Shown here piece after piece: positions 29,169 to 40,462 of a DNA stretch of 64,000 nucleotides. The translations under genes were made by a program, and so were the position numbers. The notes under the pieces were generated by a model. It ran no database searches. It was given only the letters and a program-made list of their open reading frames with translations, and was not told where the DNA came from. Where the stretch lies: assembly GCA_016200225.1 (NCBI GenBank), contig JACQFD010000008.1, forward strand, positions 16,433 through 80,432. The letters are read 5' to 3'. Origin of the DNA: Planctomycetota bacterium (GTDB taxonomy: Bacteria; Planctomycetota; UBA1135; JACQFD01). Within the stretch, counting starts at the first letter, position 1. Each line of letters starts with the position of its first letter.

Positions 29169-31787
29169 CTAATTCGTAATATCCACCTTCAATCCGCGCG
29201 ATGTGACAATATTGTAAACGGCATTCGTCGTTGCGCGCCCGTTCTCCGCGCGTTCGACCCAGATCGATTGAATATAAAATGTCATCCCGACGAGTCCGGG
29301 ATCATTGGGTATCGGAGTCGCGGCGTACGCGTTGCCCTGCGCATCGCTATAAATATCAAATAATACAAACGATGTCGAACTCATGAGATCGACATGGATC
29401 AGCGCGCCGACGCCAAATGCATCGCTGCCCGCGGAGTCGACCGCGTCGCCGCCAAATCCGACGCCGAGCGAGTTCGCGGGAGCGCCTGTGCAAGTTAAAT
29501 TATAATCCAGATCATTAATTCTCGGCGAACGGATCGCGCCCATCGCGAGCCGCCCCGAGGCGCCGCCCGTGCCGGTTCCGTAGTGACTGATTCCAAACGC
29601 TTGCGAACCGGCGTCAAGGAGAACGGTGGAATTATTACCAATCCTGTTGGCCGTCACAAAGTCTACTTTTCCCCGCGATTTGAAATCGGCGCAGGCGAGC
29701 GCGACGGGCCCTGCGTCGGTGGCAACCGACGTCGCCGTCGCCGCGCCGAGCACACGGCGGATCAATGCATTTCCGCCTTCGCATGTATTGATGCATTCAC
29801 CCATGCCGTCGCCCGTAATATCTGTAATGATCACCGCGCTCGGACCCGCGCCGGCCGGGTAATTCACCGGTGAAAATGGGAACACTCCGCCGCCGAGGCC
29901 CATAAACAAAGACAGTTCATTCGTGTCGTGTTCGGCGACTACAATATCCATGATGCCGTCGCGATTCACGTCTCCCGTCGCAATGGAAACGGCATGAATA
30001 CCCGACGAATCGGAGACTCCGGAAAGCATATATGCGCCGCCGCCCATGTTTATATATATGAGCAACTCCGACTTCACTGCCGCGATGCTCGTACAAACCG
30101 CCACGTCGGACAGTCCATCGCCGTCGAAATCCTGCAGAACGGCCGATTCGCAGGAAATGACCGACGCATAATAAACCGGCGCTCCGAAGACGCCGCCGCC
30201 GCCGTTTAAGATAACTCCAAATCCAGATAATGTCGTGCCGAAAAACGGTACAAACTCAAAATAAGTAAATATAAGATCCGGGTCGCCGTCCATGTCAAGA
30301 TCGGCCACCGCGATGGAATTTGGATGATATGCAACGGCAACCGACACGGAAGCGCCGAAACCGCCGGCGCCGTCGCCAAATATACAAGTAAGCGTGTGGC
30401 TCGCCCAGTCCGCGGTCACCAGGTCAAGATTATGATCACCATTCAAATCCGCGATGGCAAGCCCTCTGGGACCTCCGCCTGTTGCAACCATCGCCGGCGC
30501 GGAGAATCCGCCCGAACCGTTGCTCAAACGGACGGAAATATCATTGGTAGCTTCGTTCGCGATCGCGAAATCGGAGTGGCCATCTTCATTAAGATCTCCC
30601 GTCGCAACGGCGCTCGGACTGCCGCCGCCCGACGCTAACGAAACGGCGTTGACAGGATCGAGCCCTTGCCCAAATACGACTGCAAGGACGCCGACCGCGG
30701 CCAGCGTTTCGCCGCCAATGGTAGCATCGATTCTTCGATCGCCGTTCCAATCCGCGAGCGCGAGGGCGCGGGGCGTATGGCTGCCGATGAGCGTAGTATT
30801 TACAGAAAGTCCGCCCGCGCCGTCGTTTTGATACACATCGAGCGTCGCGTCGCCCACCATCCCGTTTTTGTGGTGACACGTTACAAATAAATCATTCATG
30901 CCGTCGCCGTCGGCGTCGGCCGCGGAGATTCGCATCGGCTCGAGGTTCGACGCATAATTATTGATTGCGACCAACGTTCCCGCGCCGTTGTTTCGAAGGA
31001 CGCTGAATTGGTTTGCCATAAATCCGTAGCATACGAATACTTCCGGGGCGCCGTCGCCCGTGAGATCGGCCGTTCCAAAATCCTCCGCCGGATTGGGTAA
31101 TATAAAGAACTGTTCGGCTCCAAATGTGAATGCGGGACCGCCGTTGCGAACGGAAATCGCCGCCGTGGCCATATCGACGAGATCATCTTCGCCGTCAACG
31201 TTTATGTCGGCGATTCTTAATTTTTGGACGTTGACTCCGGATCCGATAACCGGACCCAATGCCAAAGCGCCCGCGCCATTGCCGGCCCAGATCGCCGTGC
31301 CGGGGCCGATCCAAATCTCGCCGCAGTCCGGGTTTCCATCATGATCGAAATCGGCAGCCGCGACGCCTCCGGTGGCGATCCCCGCGTGGTTGGCGCAGAA
31401 AATACTAACGATCGACCCCGCACCGTTGCCTCGAAACAAACAAATCCCCGTTCCGCCGGACGCGATCGCATCCAGTTTTCCATCATTATCATAATCGCCA
31501 ATTGTTAGAAACGCCGGCGCCATCGCGGCCCCGGGAACCGCGAACGTCGGCGGCAGCAGCAGGCCCGTCCCCTTCCCAAGTCTCAATTCCAGGCGCGCCG
31601 CCGGCCCGTCGTGCGCCGTTAACAAATCCGCGATGCCATCATTATTAAAGTCCCCCGTCGCGGCGTCGGCGGCGGAATTGTTAGGTCCGGTGATATACGA
31701 ATCGGGCGACGTGAACGTCTGCGCAAGCGCGCGGCCGGATTGGATTGCGGGAAAAACCAAGAGCGCGGGGAGGATCAATTTTCGCAT
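29169..31787 (-). CDS. FG-GAP/VCBS repeat secreted protein 2 (tandem paralog of 26429-29047)
   Basis: Colinear with protein 1 over its whole length; same N-terminus (TGPNNSAADAA.GDFNNDGI.DLLTAHDGPAARLELRLG) and same C-terminus (VTSRGLKVDITN). Confidence 0.9.
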   Translation of the reverse strand: MRKLILPALLVFPAIQSGRALAQTFTSPDSYITGPNNSAADAATGDFNNDGIADLLTAHDGPAARLELRLGKGTGLLLPPTFAVPGAAMAPAFLTIGDYDNDGKLDAIASGGTGICLFRGNGAGSIVSIFCANHAGIATGGVAAADFDHDGNPDCGEIWIGPGTAIWAGNGAGALALGPVIGSGVNVQKLRIADINVDGEDDLVDMATAAISVRNGGPAFTFGAEQFFILPNPAEDFGTADLTGDGAPEVFVCYGFMANQFSVLRNNGAGTLVAINNYASNLEPMRISAADADGDGMNDLFVTCHHKNGMVGDATLDVYQNDGAGGLSVNTTLIGSHTPRALALADWNGDRRIDATIGGETLAAVGVLAVVFGQGLDPVNAVSLASGGGSPSAVATGDLNEDGHSDFAIANEATNDISVRLSNGSGGFSAPAMVATGGGPRGLAIADLNGDHNLDLVTADWASHTLTCIFGDGAGGFGASVSVAVAYHPNSIAVADLDMDGDPDLIFTYFEFVPFFGTTLSGFGVILNGGGGVFGAPVYYASVISCESAVLQDFDGDGLSDVAVCTSIAAVKSELLIYINMGGGAYMLSGVSDSSGIHAVSIATGDVNRDGIMDIVVAEHDTNELSLFMGLGGGVFPFSPVNYPAGAGPSAVIITDITGDGMGECINTCEGGNALIRRVLGAATATSVATDAGPVALACADFKSRGKVDFVTANRIGNNSTVLLDAGSQAFGISHYGTGTGGASGRLAMGAIRSPRINDLDYNLTCTGAPANSLGVGFGGDAVDSAGSDAFGVGALIHVDLMSSTSFVLFDIYSDAQGNAYAATPIPNDPGLVGMTFYIQSIWVERAENGRATTNAVYNIVTSRGLKVDITN

Positions 31788-31987
31788 GGCATCTCTCCCA
31801 TCGCCGCCCGGACTTCCGGTCCATCAAGCGAATGGACCCTGGAATCGCCGAACCGGTGGCGTTTGATTTTTGTGGCAAGTCGAAGTCCGCACACCTCGGA
31901 TCGAAAAATCAAAATACGCGCACCGCGGCGCAATGGTTGACCGTCAAACCGTTCTTGCCCATGATCCGTGTCTTGCCAGTGCAAGTC

Positions 31988-32572
31988 ATGGCTCAGCCAA
32001 ATTCAGATACTAATTCCAGCGAACATTTGCCTCCCGCGGACGACGAACCATCCGCGGAACGATTGTGGGGAATTGTATATAATCAACTTCGCGCGGCGGC
32101 ACAATTACAATTAAACAATGAACGCGCGTCGCACACTCTCTCCGCGACGGCGATGGTCCATGAGGCCTATCTGAAACTGGAACAGCAACGCGCCGTCGAC
32201 TGGAAAAATCGCGCGCACTTCTACGCCGCGGCCGTCGAAGCGATGCGTCGATTGTTAATCGATCACGCGCGCCACAAGGCGGCGAAAAAACGCGGCGGCG
32301 CCGAAGCACGCAAGGCGGCACTCGAACTCTCGAGTCTTCCAGATCTTGGCTCCGAGGAACAATCCGCGGGATTCTTGATCCTCGATGAAGCGATTCTCCG
32401 CCTTGGGGAGTTGGATGCACAGGCCGCAGCCGTCGTTCGATTGCGGTACTTCGCCGGTCTGACGATTGAACAGACGGCGGAGACTCTTGGCATCTCGTCG
32501 CCGACGGTGAAACGCATCTGGTCCTTCGCAAGAGGCTGGCTCAAAGAACACATCGAATCGGGGCGAATTTAA
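31988..32572 (+). CDS. ECF sigma factor, TIGR02999-type (kinase-associated)
   Basis: Likely start ATG 31988. VYNQLRAAA...HTLSATAMVHEAYLKL...HFYAAAVEAMRRLLIDHAR...KRGG...LRYFAGLTIEQTAE. Confidence 0.9.
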   Translation: MAQPNSDTNSSEHLPPADDEPSAERLWGIVYNQLRAAAQLQLNNERASHTLSATAMVHEAYLKLEQQRAVDWKNRAHFYAAAVEAMRRLLIDHARHKAAKKRGGAEARKAALELSSLPDLGSEEQSAGFLILDEAILRLGELDAQAAAVVRLRYFAGLTIEQTAETLGISSPTVKRIWSFARGWLKEHIESGRI

Positions 32573-32596
32573 TATATTTAATATTCGAGGCCGTTC

Positions 32597-35500
32597 ATGA
32601 ACTCCGATCGCGAAATCCAACTGCGGCGAATTTTTAATATCGCTTTTGAATTGCCCATTTCAGAGCGGAGCCTGTATCTCGATAAGGAGTGTCGCGGAGA
32701 TGCGGAGTTGCGGCGCCGGCTCGATGCAATGCTGGCGGCGGCCGGAGAGGGCGTCTTTCTCGCGGATCCAACGCATTCCGGCGCGACGTCGACTCTCGCG
32801 ACACCGCTCAGCGAGTGTCCGGGCACGCGCATCGGAAATTATAAATTATTACAACAAATCGGAGAAGGAGGATTCGGAACTGTATTCATGGCCGAGCAGG
32901 AGACTCCGGTCCGCCGGCGCGTTGCGTTGAAAGTTATCAAACTTGGAATGGACACGCGGCATGTGATCGCGCGCTTCGAGGCGGAGCGGCAGGCGCTTGC
33001 CATGATGGATCATCCGAATATTGCGCGCGTCCTCGACGCCGGCGCCACGGAAAGCGGGCGGCCGTATTTTGTAATGGAACTCGTCAAGGGCGTCCCCATT
33101 ACGGAATATTGCGATCGCAATCATTTAACGGCGCGCGAGCGGCTGGAATTAATGATTCCCGTCTGCCAGGCCGTACAACACGCACATCACAAGGGCATCA
33201 TTCACCGCGACATCAAACCCGCGAATATTTTAGTAACTTTGCACGACGGCAAACCCGTGCCCAAAGTGATCGACTTCGGCATCGCCAAAGCTACAGAACA
33301 CCGATTGACGGCGAAGACGCTCTTTACTGAACACAATGCGTTCATCGGCACTCCCATGTACATGAGTCCCGAGCAGGCGGAGTTAAGCGGACTCGACGTC
33401 GACGCGCGCACCGATGTGTATTCGTTGGGTGTGCTTCTGTATGAATTGCTAACAGGCACGACTCCGTTTCGAAAAGAGGATCTACTCGCGGCGGGTTATC
33501 TTGAAATGCAAAGAATCATTCGCGAAGTGGAGCCGCAGAAACCCAGCACGCGGGTTAGTACACTTGGAGATTCGCTTACAAACGTTGCCGGCCTGCGCAG
33601 AGTCGAGCCGGGGAAACTTGGACTACTTCTTCGCGGCGACATGGACTGGATTGTCATGCGGTGCCTTGAGAAGGACCGCACACGCCGTTACGACACTCCA
33701 ACGAGTCTTGCCGACGATTTGCGGCGTCATCTTGCGGGCGAAGCCGTCGTCGCCGCGCCCCCCAGTGTTAACTATCGAATGCGCAAGTTCATCGCGCGCA
33801 ATCGACGTGTCGTGATCGCCATCAGCGTGATCGCGGCAGTCTTGATATTAGGATTGATCGGCACGAGCACAGGAATGGCGTGGGCGCTGAGCGAAAAGGA
33901 CATCGCGGTTATTGCAAACGCCAACGCACGCAAGGCCGAGTCGATCGCCACCGAGAAAAGTAAAGAAGCGGAAGTACAGCGGAAGAGGGCGGAATATGGT
34001 GTTTACGTTGCTAACATTCAGGCGGCAGACGCGGCTGCGAAGATTGGGGATAGTAGTACATTGAGAGTATTGTTGGATCGATGCAGTCCTGAGTTTCGGG
34101 GGTGGGAGTGGAAGTATCTACAAGCCGCGAGCGACCAGAGCCTGAGCACCATCAGTCTTTTCAAGGCAAACACGAGGATTGTTCCCACTCCGGATCCTAC
34201 GAAAATACTCGCGCTTTGCGGTGGAAATCAGACCATATCATTAGTTTCAACCGAGGACTTTCATACACTATATACGTTGAGTCTGCGCAAAGGCACAACT
34301 CTCTCATGGAAGGGCGATAGTAATGAAAATCCGGAGATTGAAATTTCCCACGATGGCAAACGCTTATGGGCGCATCGTTGGTCCTCGAATACAGGCCCCA
34401 CCCACTTATATGATTTTGCCACAGGACGCGAGATCACCGCATTCCAAAGCGCAGAATTGTCCGCGGAAGAGGCGGTCTTCAGCCCCGATTCGCGTTTTCT
34501 TGCCACGACGGATTGGTTATTAACAATTGCCTCGCTTTGGCGATCGGAAGATGGAAGTCGCGTCGCATCGCCCGACTTTGCACCTGAAAAACCGCGCGGG
34601 AGTGCGTTCTCGGCCGATTCTTCCATCTGGATCGTGGGTACAACCGATGGAATACTACATTTATTTGACTCGGCTCGAGGCGAGCCAATTCGGCAAATTC
34701 AAGCGAGCCGTTACGGTATTGATTTCATGAGTTCAAGTCCGAACGGAAACTACTTTTTCACGGGCTTCGGTAATGGCTCGTTCGCCGTTTGGGATTCGCA
34801 CAATTTCTCAATTGTGTGTCAAGGAACTAATTATACTGGAGTTAGACCTGGAGACTTCTGGAATCGGACGTTGATCGTATGGACGCCAGAGACTGACGGA
34901 TTTGCAAGATTGCTTGCACCGGCAGACTCACGCATGACATTGTTTGAATTGCCTTCCGGGAAAGCAGTTGATCATGCGTGGAAACTCAATGCATTGGAAT
35001 CGCTTCAATTTGCGCCTGACAATGATACATTTGCTGCGATCGAGCACGGCGGGACAAGTCGTTCACAGGCTTTGATGCACACGGCCGGTGAACTCGAGAA
35101 AGAAATGAGTGGTATGCAGTCTTCACTATCCTGCATGTGTCTTAGTCCAGATTCTAAGTATCTGCTCTGCGGTACAGTGGACGGCACGATCCGAATTTGG
35201 GACAGACGGGGCACTCAAGTCCGCACACTCTTGGGACACGCGACTGGAATTGAATCACTTTTTTATCTCGGCGACGGCAAGTCACTGATCTCCTGTGACT
35301 GGAACGGTACTATTAAAATTTGGGATCCCGCCGCAGGCGCTCCGGTGAATCTTGAATTTAGCGAGGATGACGACGGTGAGATCTTTACGGATTTGAAATT
35401 CACTTCGAATGGCAGTCGAATTTTGGGAGGACAGTCTGATGTCGTTCAGATTTGGGATACTCTCTACGGAAAGCAGATTGCAAAATATGATACTTGGATC

Positions 35501-37093
35501 TGGTTTGAGGATCCGGACGGTATCCGTAACAATCGAGAGTTCTTAACTATTAGCGGAGATGGGAATCGGATTGCGGCTGGAAATACAAGACTTGGTGCAG
35601 ATGTACTCGATGCCGACACCGGTTACCCACTCGCGCGACTTCACTGGCCCGGTGTCAAACCACGTCTTCCGCTTGACGGTGGGCGCCCCTTTGTAGTTCT
35701 CAGCGGTGACCTCTCCCGTGTCGCGTTGTGGTTCTCCAGTCAATATGAGTCCGATGATGGAAAGGCGACCGGTGGTATCACTATTTATAGCACATCGGAT
35801 GGAACTACAATCCGGTCGTTTCCAGATATTAATATTCGATTTCCGGACAATCCAGACTTCGCGCAGAGGGGGTCGACGAGTGTTGCTCTCGACGGCAGTG
35901 GCGCCAGACTGTTCTTTACAAACGGCAGAAGCATGCACGCCCTTGATGTTGCTACAGGCCAAGATCTGTACGCGTCTTTTCTTCAAGACAATAATGCACA
36001 ATTTTCAAATTGCGAGTCGCTTAGCTTCGAACCCAACCGCGAATGGATGGCGACAACTCACTATGATGAACCTGCTCGAATCTGGGACATGGGAAGACTG
36101 CAACTTGTAGGTAAATTGTTGCATTCCAAATCCATTTTTGGAAACTTAGAGATGAGTCCCGATGGAAACCGATGCTTGGGTCAATCGAGCGGCAGGTTTC
36201 GACTTTGGGATGCGTTGACGGGAACCGAATTATTGTCATTTCCGGACTTTCGGAGCGAGTTTGTTTCCGCGCGATTCGATACAAGCGGCGGGCGAGTTGT
36301 TATTCAGCCAGATCTGGGCACACGCCAAATCTTCGACAGCGTCCCCTTCTCCGAGCGCCGACGCCAACAACAGTCCTACGACGCTGCAATTCCCGACGGC
36401 CGCCGTGCGTGCTCCGCTGCATTAGTAGCATCAGGAAACCGGATTCGGCTCGCTACAGATGCTATTCGCGCCGACAAGTCCTTGTCGACCACCGTTCGCG
36501 CCGCCGCGCTCGATACACTTCGAGATATCTGTAGTGAACGGCGGGCGCGCATTCGGGCGCTTTTCGACGAACATGTTTTCGAAGCGCAAGTACAACAAGC
36601 GATCCACAACGATACAAAACTCGACATCGGCGAGAAGGCCGACCTCTCCGAAATTGCAAAGTTCCGCGGCGATTCTCCCGTATTCTTAAAAAACGCCGCT
36701 CTCGCGAGACTCTCCAAGCGCGACTCGACACCCGAACAATTCCAAATCGCGCTCAATGCCGCCCGCCAAGCCGCTACGTCACTTCCCGACGACGAGATGG
36801 CGCTTACCTCGCTCGGCCTCGCTTACTATTCCACAGGCAATTTCGCGGATGCGATTGTTTCACTTGAAAAAAGCGACGTGCGCCGGAACACGAAACATTA
36901 CTACAAATCCGCAATGAACCTTGCCGCACTCGCGATGTCACAATTCAAAATGGGCAAAACCGACGAAGCCCGCACTTTGTTCGCGCAACTACAAAAATTG
37001 TTTGAAGATCCCGCAAGTATCCCATATCTCGATCTCGCGAAGGCGCTTTTTACCGAAGCTCAAATCCTCATCCATCCAGAATCTCAAAAGTAG
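32597..37093 (+). CDS. Ser/Thr protein kinase with TM segment, WD40 repeats and C-terminal TPR
   Basis: [38 protein letters not shown]; WD40 repeats ([20 protein letters not shown]); TPR-like C-terminus. Confidence 0.95.
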   Translation: MNSDREIQLRRIFNIAFELPISERSLYLDKECRGDAELRRRLDAMLAAAGEGVFLADPTHSGATSTLATPLSECPGTRIGNYKLLQQIGEGGFGTVFMAEQETPVRRRVALKVIKLGMDTRHVIARFEAERQALAMMDHPNIARVLDAGATESGRPYFVMELVKGVPITEYCDRNHLTARERLELMIPVCQAVQHAHHKGIIHRDIKPANILVTLHDGKPVPKVIDFGIAKATEHRLTAKTLFTEHNAFIGTPMYMSPEQAELSGLDVDARTDVYSLGVLLYELLTGTTPFRKEDLLAAGYLEMQRIIREVEPQKPSTRVSTLGDSLTNVAGLRRVEPGKLGLLLRGDMDWIVMRCLEKDRTRRYDTPTSLADDLRRHLAGEAVVAAPPSVNYRMRKFIARNRRVVIAISVIAAVLILGLIGTSTGMAWALSEKDIAVIANANARKAESIATEKSKEAEVQRKRAEYGVYVANIQAADAAAKIGDSSTLRVLLDRCSPEFRGWEWKYLQAASDQSLSTISLFKANTRIVPTPDPTKILALCGGNQTISLVSTEDFHTLYTLSLRKGTTLSWKGDSNENPEIEISHDGKRLWAHRWSSNTGPTHLYDFATGREITAFQSAELSAEEAVFSPDSRFLATTDWLLTIASLWRSEDGSRVASPDFAPEKPRGSAFSADSSIWIVGTTDGILHLFDSARGEPIRQIQASRYGIDFMSSSPNGNYFFTGFGNGSFAVWDSHNFSIVCQGTNYTGVRPGDFWNRTLIVWTPETDGFARLLAPADSRMTLFELPSGKAVDHAWKLNALESLQFAPDNDTFAAIEHGGTSRSQALMHTAGELEKEMSGMQSSLSCMCLSPDSKYLLCGTVDGTIRIWDRRGTQVRTLLGHATGIESLFYLGDGKSLISCDWNGTIKIWDPAAGAPVNLEFSEDDDGEIFTDLKFTSNGSRILGGQSDVVQIWDTLYGKQIAKYDTWIWFEDPDGIRNNREFLTISGDGNRIAAGNTRLGADVLDADTGYPLARLHWPGVKPRLPLDGGRPFVVLSGDLSRVALWFSSQYESDDGKATGGITIYSTSDGTTIRSFPDINIRFPDNPDFAQRGSTSVALDGSGARLFFTNGRSMHALDVATGQDLYASFLQDNNAQFSNCESLSFEPNREWMATTHYDEPARIWDMGRLQLVGKLLHSKSIFGNLEMSPDGNRCLGQSSGRFRLWDALTGTELLSFPDFRSEFVSARFDTSGGRVVIQPDLGTRQIFDSVPFSERRRQQQSYDAAIPDGRRACSAALVASGNRIRLATDAIRADKSLSTTVRAAALDTLRDICSERRARIRALFDEHVFEAQVQQAIHNDTKLDIGEKADLSEIAKFRGDSPVFLKNAALARLSKRDSTPEQFQIALNAARQAATSLPDDEMALTSLGLAYYSTGNFADAIVSLEKSDVRRNTKHYYKSAMNLAALAMSQFKMGKTDEARTLFAQLQKLFEDPASIPYLDLAKALFTEAQILIHPESQK

Positions 37094-37127
37094 CATCAAG
37101 GCACACATCCTCGCGACCGCCAACCTC

Positions 37128-37385
37128 CCCCATTCCCGTCGATCGCCGGGCTCCGGTTCCGCGCGAGTTCCGCAGCCGGCTTGAATGCAAACGCTCTGCG
37201 TTTGCATTCGCCGGCGAGGACCTGCCGAGCGCCGGAACCGGTCCCGGCGATCGTCAAAAATATATATATTATTATTAAAAAAATAATAAGCCCCCGCGGG
37301 CTGAGCGAAAAGCCCCCGCGGGCCGAGCGAAGAACCCTCGCGGGCTGAGCGAAAAGCCCCCGCGGGCCTAGCGAAACATCCCTTC
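37128..37385. repeat. Right copy (R-R) of the ~240 bp direct repeat, 4 tandem units, overlapping the aconitase stop codon
   Basis: Matches 26158-26394. The last unit GGCCTAGCGAAACAT contains the TAG stop of the aconitase-family gene on the minus strand. Confidence 0.95.
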
Positions 37386-39347
37386 GCGATACTCCGAAAT
37401 CCGCCCCTTCACCGCCGACGCCGCGACGCTCATCGGCGATGCTAAATATAATTTTCCGGGACCGGATCGTCCTTGAAAATTACGATTGATCGCGGAAACG
37501 GTGACTTGTTCCCGCGTTTCCGACACGCCGGGGCCGCATCCAATGCACGCGCCGCAGCCGGGATGTATCAATTTGACGCCCATGCGCTCGAACATTTGTG
37601 TATATCCTTTTTCCTTCGCGTAGCGTTCGACGGTTTCGCTTCCGTACTGAATATAAAAATGAACGCCGGGCGCGAGCCGCCGTCCCGCGCGCTCGGCATC
37701 CGCGATGACGGTGGCGTACGCGTCGATGTCGTCGAATTTGCCAGCCGTGCAGGAACCGCCGTACGCGATGTCAATTTTAGTATCCGGCAATTGTGATATT
37801 AATTTTCCATACGTCGGATCGCCGGGCTCGGCGACGCGCGGTTCGATCGCGTCCAGTTCGATGCGATGGACGCCGCCGTCGTAGTGCGCGTCCGCGTCGG
37901 GCCGCACGGCGCGGCGTTTCATCGGCTCGATTTGCGCAGGCGACAGTTTTCTCATGTTCGCGATCCACTCGAACGTCCGTTCGTCGGCCTCGCAAACGCC
38001 GCCCGCCGCCGAACACTCGGTGGCCATGTTCGTGAGCGTCGCGCGCTCGTCCATCGTTAAATTTAATAATCCGGGCCCGCCGAATTCCATCACGCGGTCG
38101 AGCGTGTCCTCGTTTCGCGCGTATTTGTCGAGAATATGTAATATAACATCTTTTGCCATCACGTTGGGCCGGAGTTTTCCGAACAATTCGAAACGGATCG
38201 ATCCGGGCACGCGCACGAACGTGTGTCCGGCATGCGCGAGCCCGGCGTACTCCGTGGCGCCGACGCCCCAACTGAGCGCGTTGCTGCCGCCGCCCATGCA
38301 GGTGTGGCTATCTGTAGCCTGTACAAAATCGCCGGGATTCACAAACTGTTCGCGCGCGACTTGATGACAAATTCCGGGCGAAATGCCGCCGACCGCCGAA
38401 TAATCGCGGCAGCCGGTGTGCCGCTGGAATTCTTTTTGTAAATCGCGCAATGTTTGTATCTGCGCGGCGAACTTCATCATCTTCGCGACGCCGTCGGCAT
38501 AAAGTAAATGATCCTCGAACACCGCGAAATTCCCAGGATTCTTTAACTTATAATCCGCGCCGTACTCCTGACCTAGAAAATAGTGCACTTGCGCCGTCGT
38601 GAATTCGTGGCTGTAACCCGAATCGACGCCGACGAGCACCGAGTCGCCCGGTTTCAAGCAGGCTTTCGCGCCGGCGTCCGCGAGCTGCCCGGGCAGCAGG
38701 TGATTCACGAGTACTTTTTCGGCCATGGTCATCGGCCGCGCCGAATTGTTAATTTTCGGTAATTGTATCTTTCCGGCCGCGAGCGCTTTTGTAAACGGGA
38801 ACAGCCCCCCCTCGCGCAACACAATTTGCGATATCGGATCGTACGGTTTCAAAAACTCGCCGACGGGCACGCGTTCGCCGTTTTGTAAACGTTCGAGAAT
38901 CGCGTGGCCGGCCATCAACTGTCCCTGTTGAATATTGTTACGTTCGTGAATCGGCGCGAAGCTCGCAGCGATCACGATGCGGATCCCGCACCATTTTTCG
39001 CACTGCACGGCCGTCTCACGCGAACTCCCGGTTCCTTTGCGATGGCCGGACACGATCGCCTCAAAATTGCCGTCCATCAGAGCGCGCGTTCCGAAAACGC
39101 GTTCCCCTTTTTCGTCGAGCAGCCCCGCGTACGCGTCGAGCGCGATGTCCTGCGGCCTATAACGAAAACAGACCCACGCGGGCGTCATCACGTCGGTGTT
39201 GATGTCGTCGAGCAGGTCCTCGACGCGCACGTCGCGCATTTTTAAATTTAACTTTCCGGCGAGTTGAGCGCGGATCAATTCCGGATCTTTTGTTAAGAAA
39301 AGAATGCGCTTGCCGGACGCGAGCGTGATAAAATCGGGATGCCGCAT
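37368..39347 (-). CDS. Aconitase-family [4Fe-4S] hydratase; LeuD-like swivel domain fused N-terminal to a LeuC-like domain
   Basis: DDINTD, GSSRE swivel motifs first, then DSHTC, GGSCT, GCGACIG (cluster Cys) and INRNFQGRSG, ASP..VAASA. Start 39347 or 39380. Confidence 0.9.
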   Translation of the reverse strand: MRHPDFITLASGKRILFLTKDPELIRAQLAGKLNLKMRDVRVEDLLDDINTDVMTPAWVCFRYRPQDIALDAYAGLLDEKGERVFGTRALMDGNFEAIVSGHRKGTGSSRETAVQCEKWCGIRIVIAASFAPIHERNNIQQGQLMAGHAILERLQNGERVPVGEFLKPYDPISQIVLREGGLFPFTKALAAGKIQLPKINNSARPMTMAEKVLVNHLLPGQLADAGAKACLKPGDSVLVGVDSGYSHEFTTAQVHYFLGQEYGADYKLKNPGNFAVFEDHLLYADGVAKMMKFAAQIQTLRDLQKEFQRHTGCRDYSAVGGISPGICHQVAREQFVNPGDFVQATDSHTCMGGGSNALSWGVGATEYAGLAHAGHTFVRVPGSIRFELFGKLRPNVMAKDVILHILDKYARNEDTLDRVMEFGGPGLLNLTMDERATLTNMATECSAAGGVCEADERTFEWIANMRKLSPAQIEPMKRRAVRPDADAHYDGGVHRIELDAIEPRVAEPGDPTYGKLISQLPDTKIDIAYGGSCTAGKFDDIDAYATVIADAERAGRRLAPGVHFYIQYGSETVERYAKEKGYTQMFERMGVKLIHPGCGACIGCGPGVSETREQVTVSAINRNFQGRSGPGKLYLASPMSVAASAVKGRISEYREGMFR

Positions 39348-39420
39348 GCGAGGATCATCGTACGCCGAAACCCTAATCACAACATTTCGTCAAACACGAC
39401 GAATCTGCGATTCCCCATTC

Positions 39421-40395
39421 GTGCCGTCGATTCCTTTTCTGCCGCATCCGTGCCTCCGCGGCGCGCACGCGCAGACGCTTTTCGGGACAATGGGAGCCGG
39501 TGATTTGGTGCCGGCCGCGCGCGAACACCGCGTCGAACTCGAAGACGGCGACTCGATGGTGCTCCACGAGGACCCGCCCACGAGTGGTACGATCGCCTCG
39601 CGCGCCGCGCTTTTAGTGCATGGACTTACGGGCGATCACGCGGCCGGATACATGGTCCGCGTCGCCGCGCGCCTTCGCGAGCGCGGATACACGACGTTTC
39701 GCGCCGATTTGCGCGGCGCGGGGCGTTCCGCCTCAATGTGTAGAAAGTTTTATCATAGCGGCGTCAGTTCCGACGTCGCCGCGGCCGTCCGGTTCATATC
39801 TAAAAGATCCGGACGTCTGCCGATCGACCTCGTGGGGTTCTCGCTCGGCGGAAATATTATATTAAAATACGCGGCCGAGCGTCTTTACAAAAAAGACGGG
39901 CCCGGAATTCATATCAATAAGATCGCCACCGTGAGCGCGCCCGCCGATCTGGCGCGGAGTTTTTCGAAACTGAGCCGCGGCTTCGGACGCTTTTACAATC
40001 GTTATTTTACAAAACACGTCGTGCGCACGCTCGACAACCATTTAAAACTCGTCCCGGGCGCCGCGGTCGCGCGTTTCGCGCGCAAACCGCGCACGATGCT
40101 CGAAATCGTCGAAGGCTACACCGCTCCCGTGCACGGATTTTCGAGCGCGCTCGATTATTACGAAAAGTGTTCGTCGGCGCCGCACTTGGCGAATATCGAG
40201 ATTCCAACGCTTGCTATTATTTCGCGCGACGACCCTTTGGTCGACTCCACCGCGTACGAAGATTTCCGCGGCACCACCATCCGCGTACTCTTAACAGAAG
40301 CCGGCGGCCACATGGGATTCTTCGCCAAATCCGGATCGGATCCCGATCGAAGATGGATGGACTGGCGAATTGTAGAGTGGTTGACGGAAGCGTGA
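39421..40395 (+). CDS. YheT-like alpha/beta fold hydrolase
   Basis: HAQT, LLVHGLTG, GFSLGG nucleophile elbow, DDPLV, GGHMGF. GTG start at 39421 chosen to avoid overlap with the divergent gene. Confidence 0.9.
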   Translation: MPSIPFLPHPCLRGAHAQTLFGTMGAGDLVPAAREHRVELEDGDSMVLHEDPPTSGTIASRAALLVHGLTGDHAAGYMVRVAARLRERGYTTFRADLRGAGRSASMCRKFYHSGVSSDVAAAVRFISKRSGRLPIDLVGFSLGGNIILKYAAERLYKKDGPGIHINKIATVSAPADLARSFSKLSRGFGRFYNRYFTKHVVRTLDNHLKLVPGAAVARFARKPRTMLEIVEGYTAPVHGFSSALDYYEKCSSAPHLANIEIPTLAIISRDDPLVDSTAYEDFRGTTIRVLLTEAGGHMGFFAKSGSDPDRRWMDWRIVEWLTEA

Positions 40396-40407
40396 TGTAG
40401 TTTAACA

Positions 40408-40442
40408 AACCGGCCGCCGGGATTCTCCCGCGGCGGCCGGTT
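40408..40442. terminator. GC-rich hairpin between convergent genes, likely bidirectional terminator
   Basis: AACCGGCCGCCG...CGGCGGCCGGTT perfect 12 bp stem. Confidence 0.65.
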
Positions 40443-40462
40443 CGATGCCGAAAACATTAGAT

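Noticed and set aside
26395-37127. Prophage or ICE
   Set aside because: No integrase, replication, conjugation or virion genes between the repeats
37291-37377. 21-22 nt tandem repeats as a CRISPR array
   Set aside because: Units are contiguous with no unique spacers, there are only 3-4 copies, and no cas genes are present
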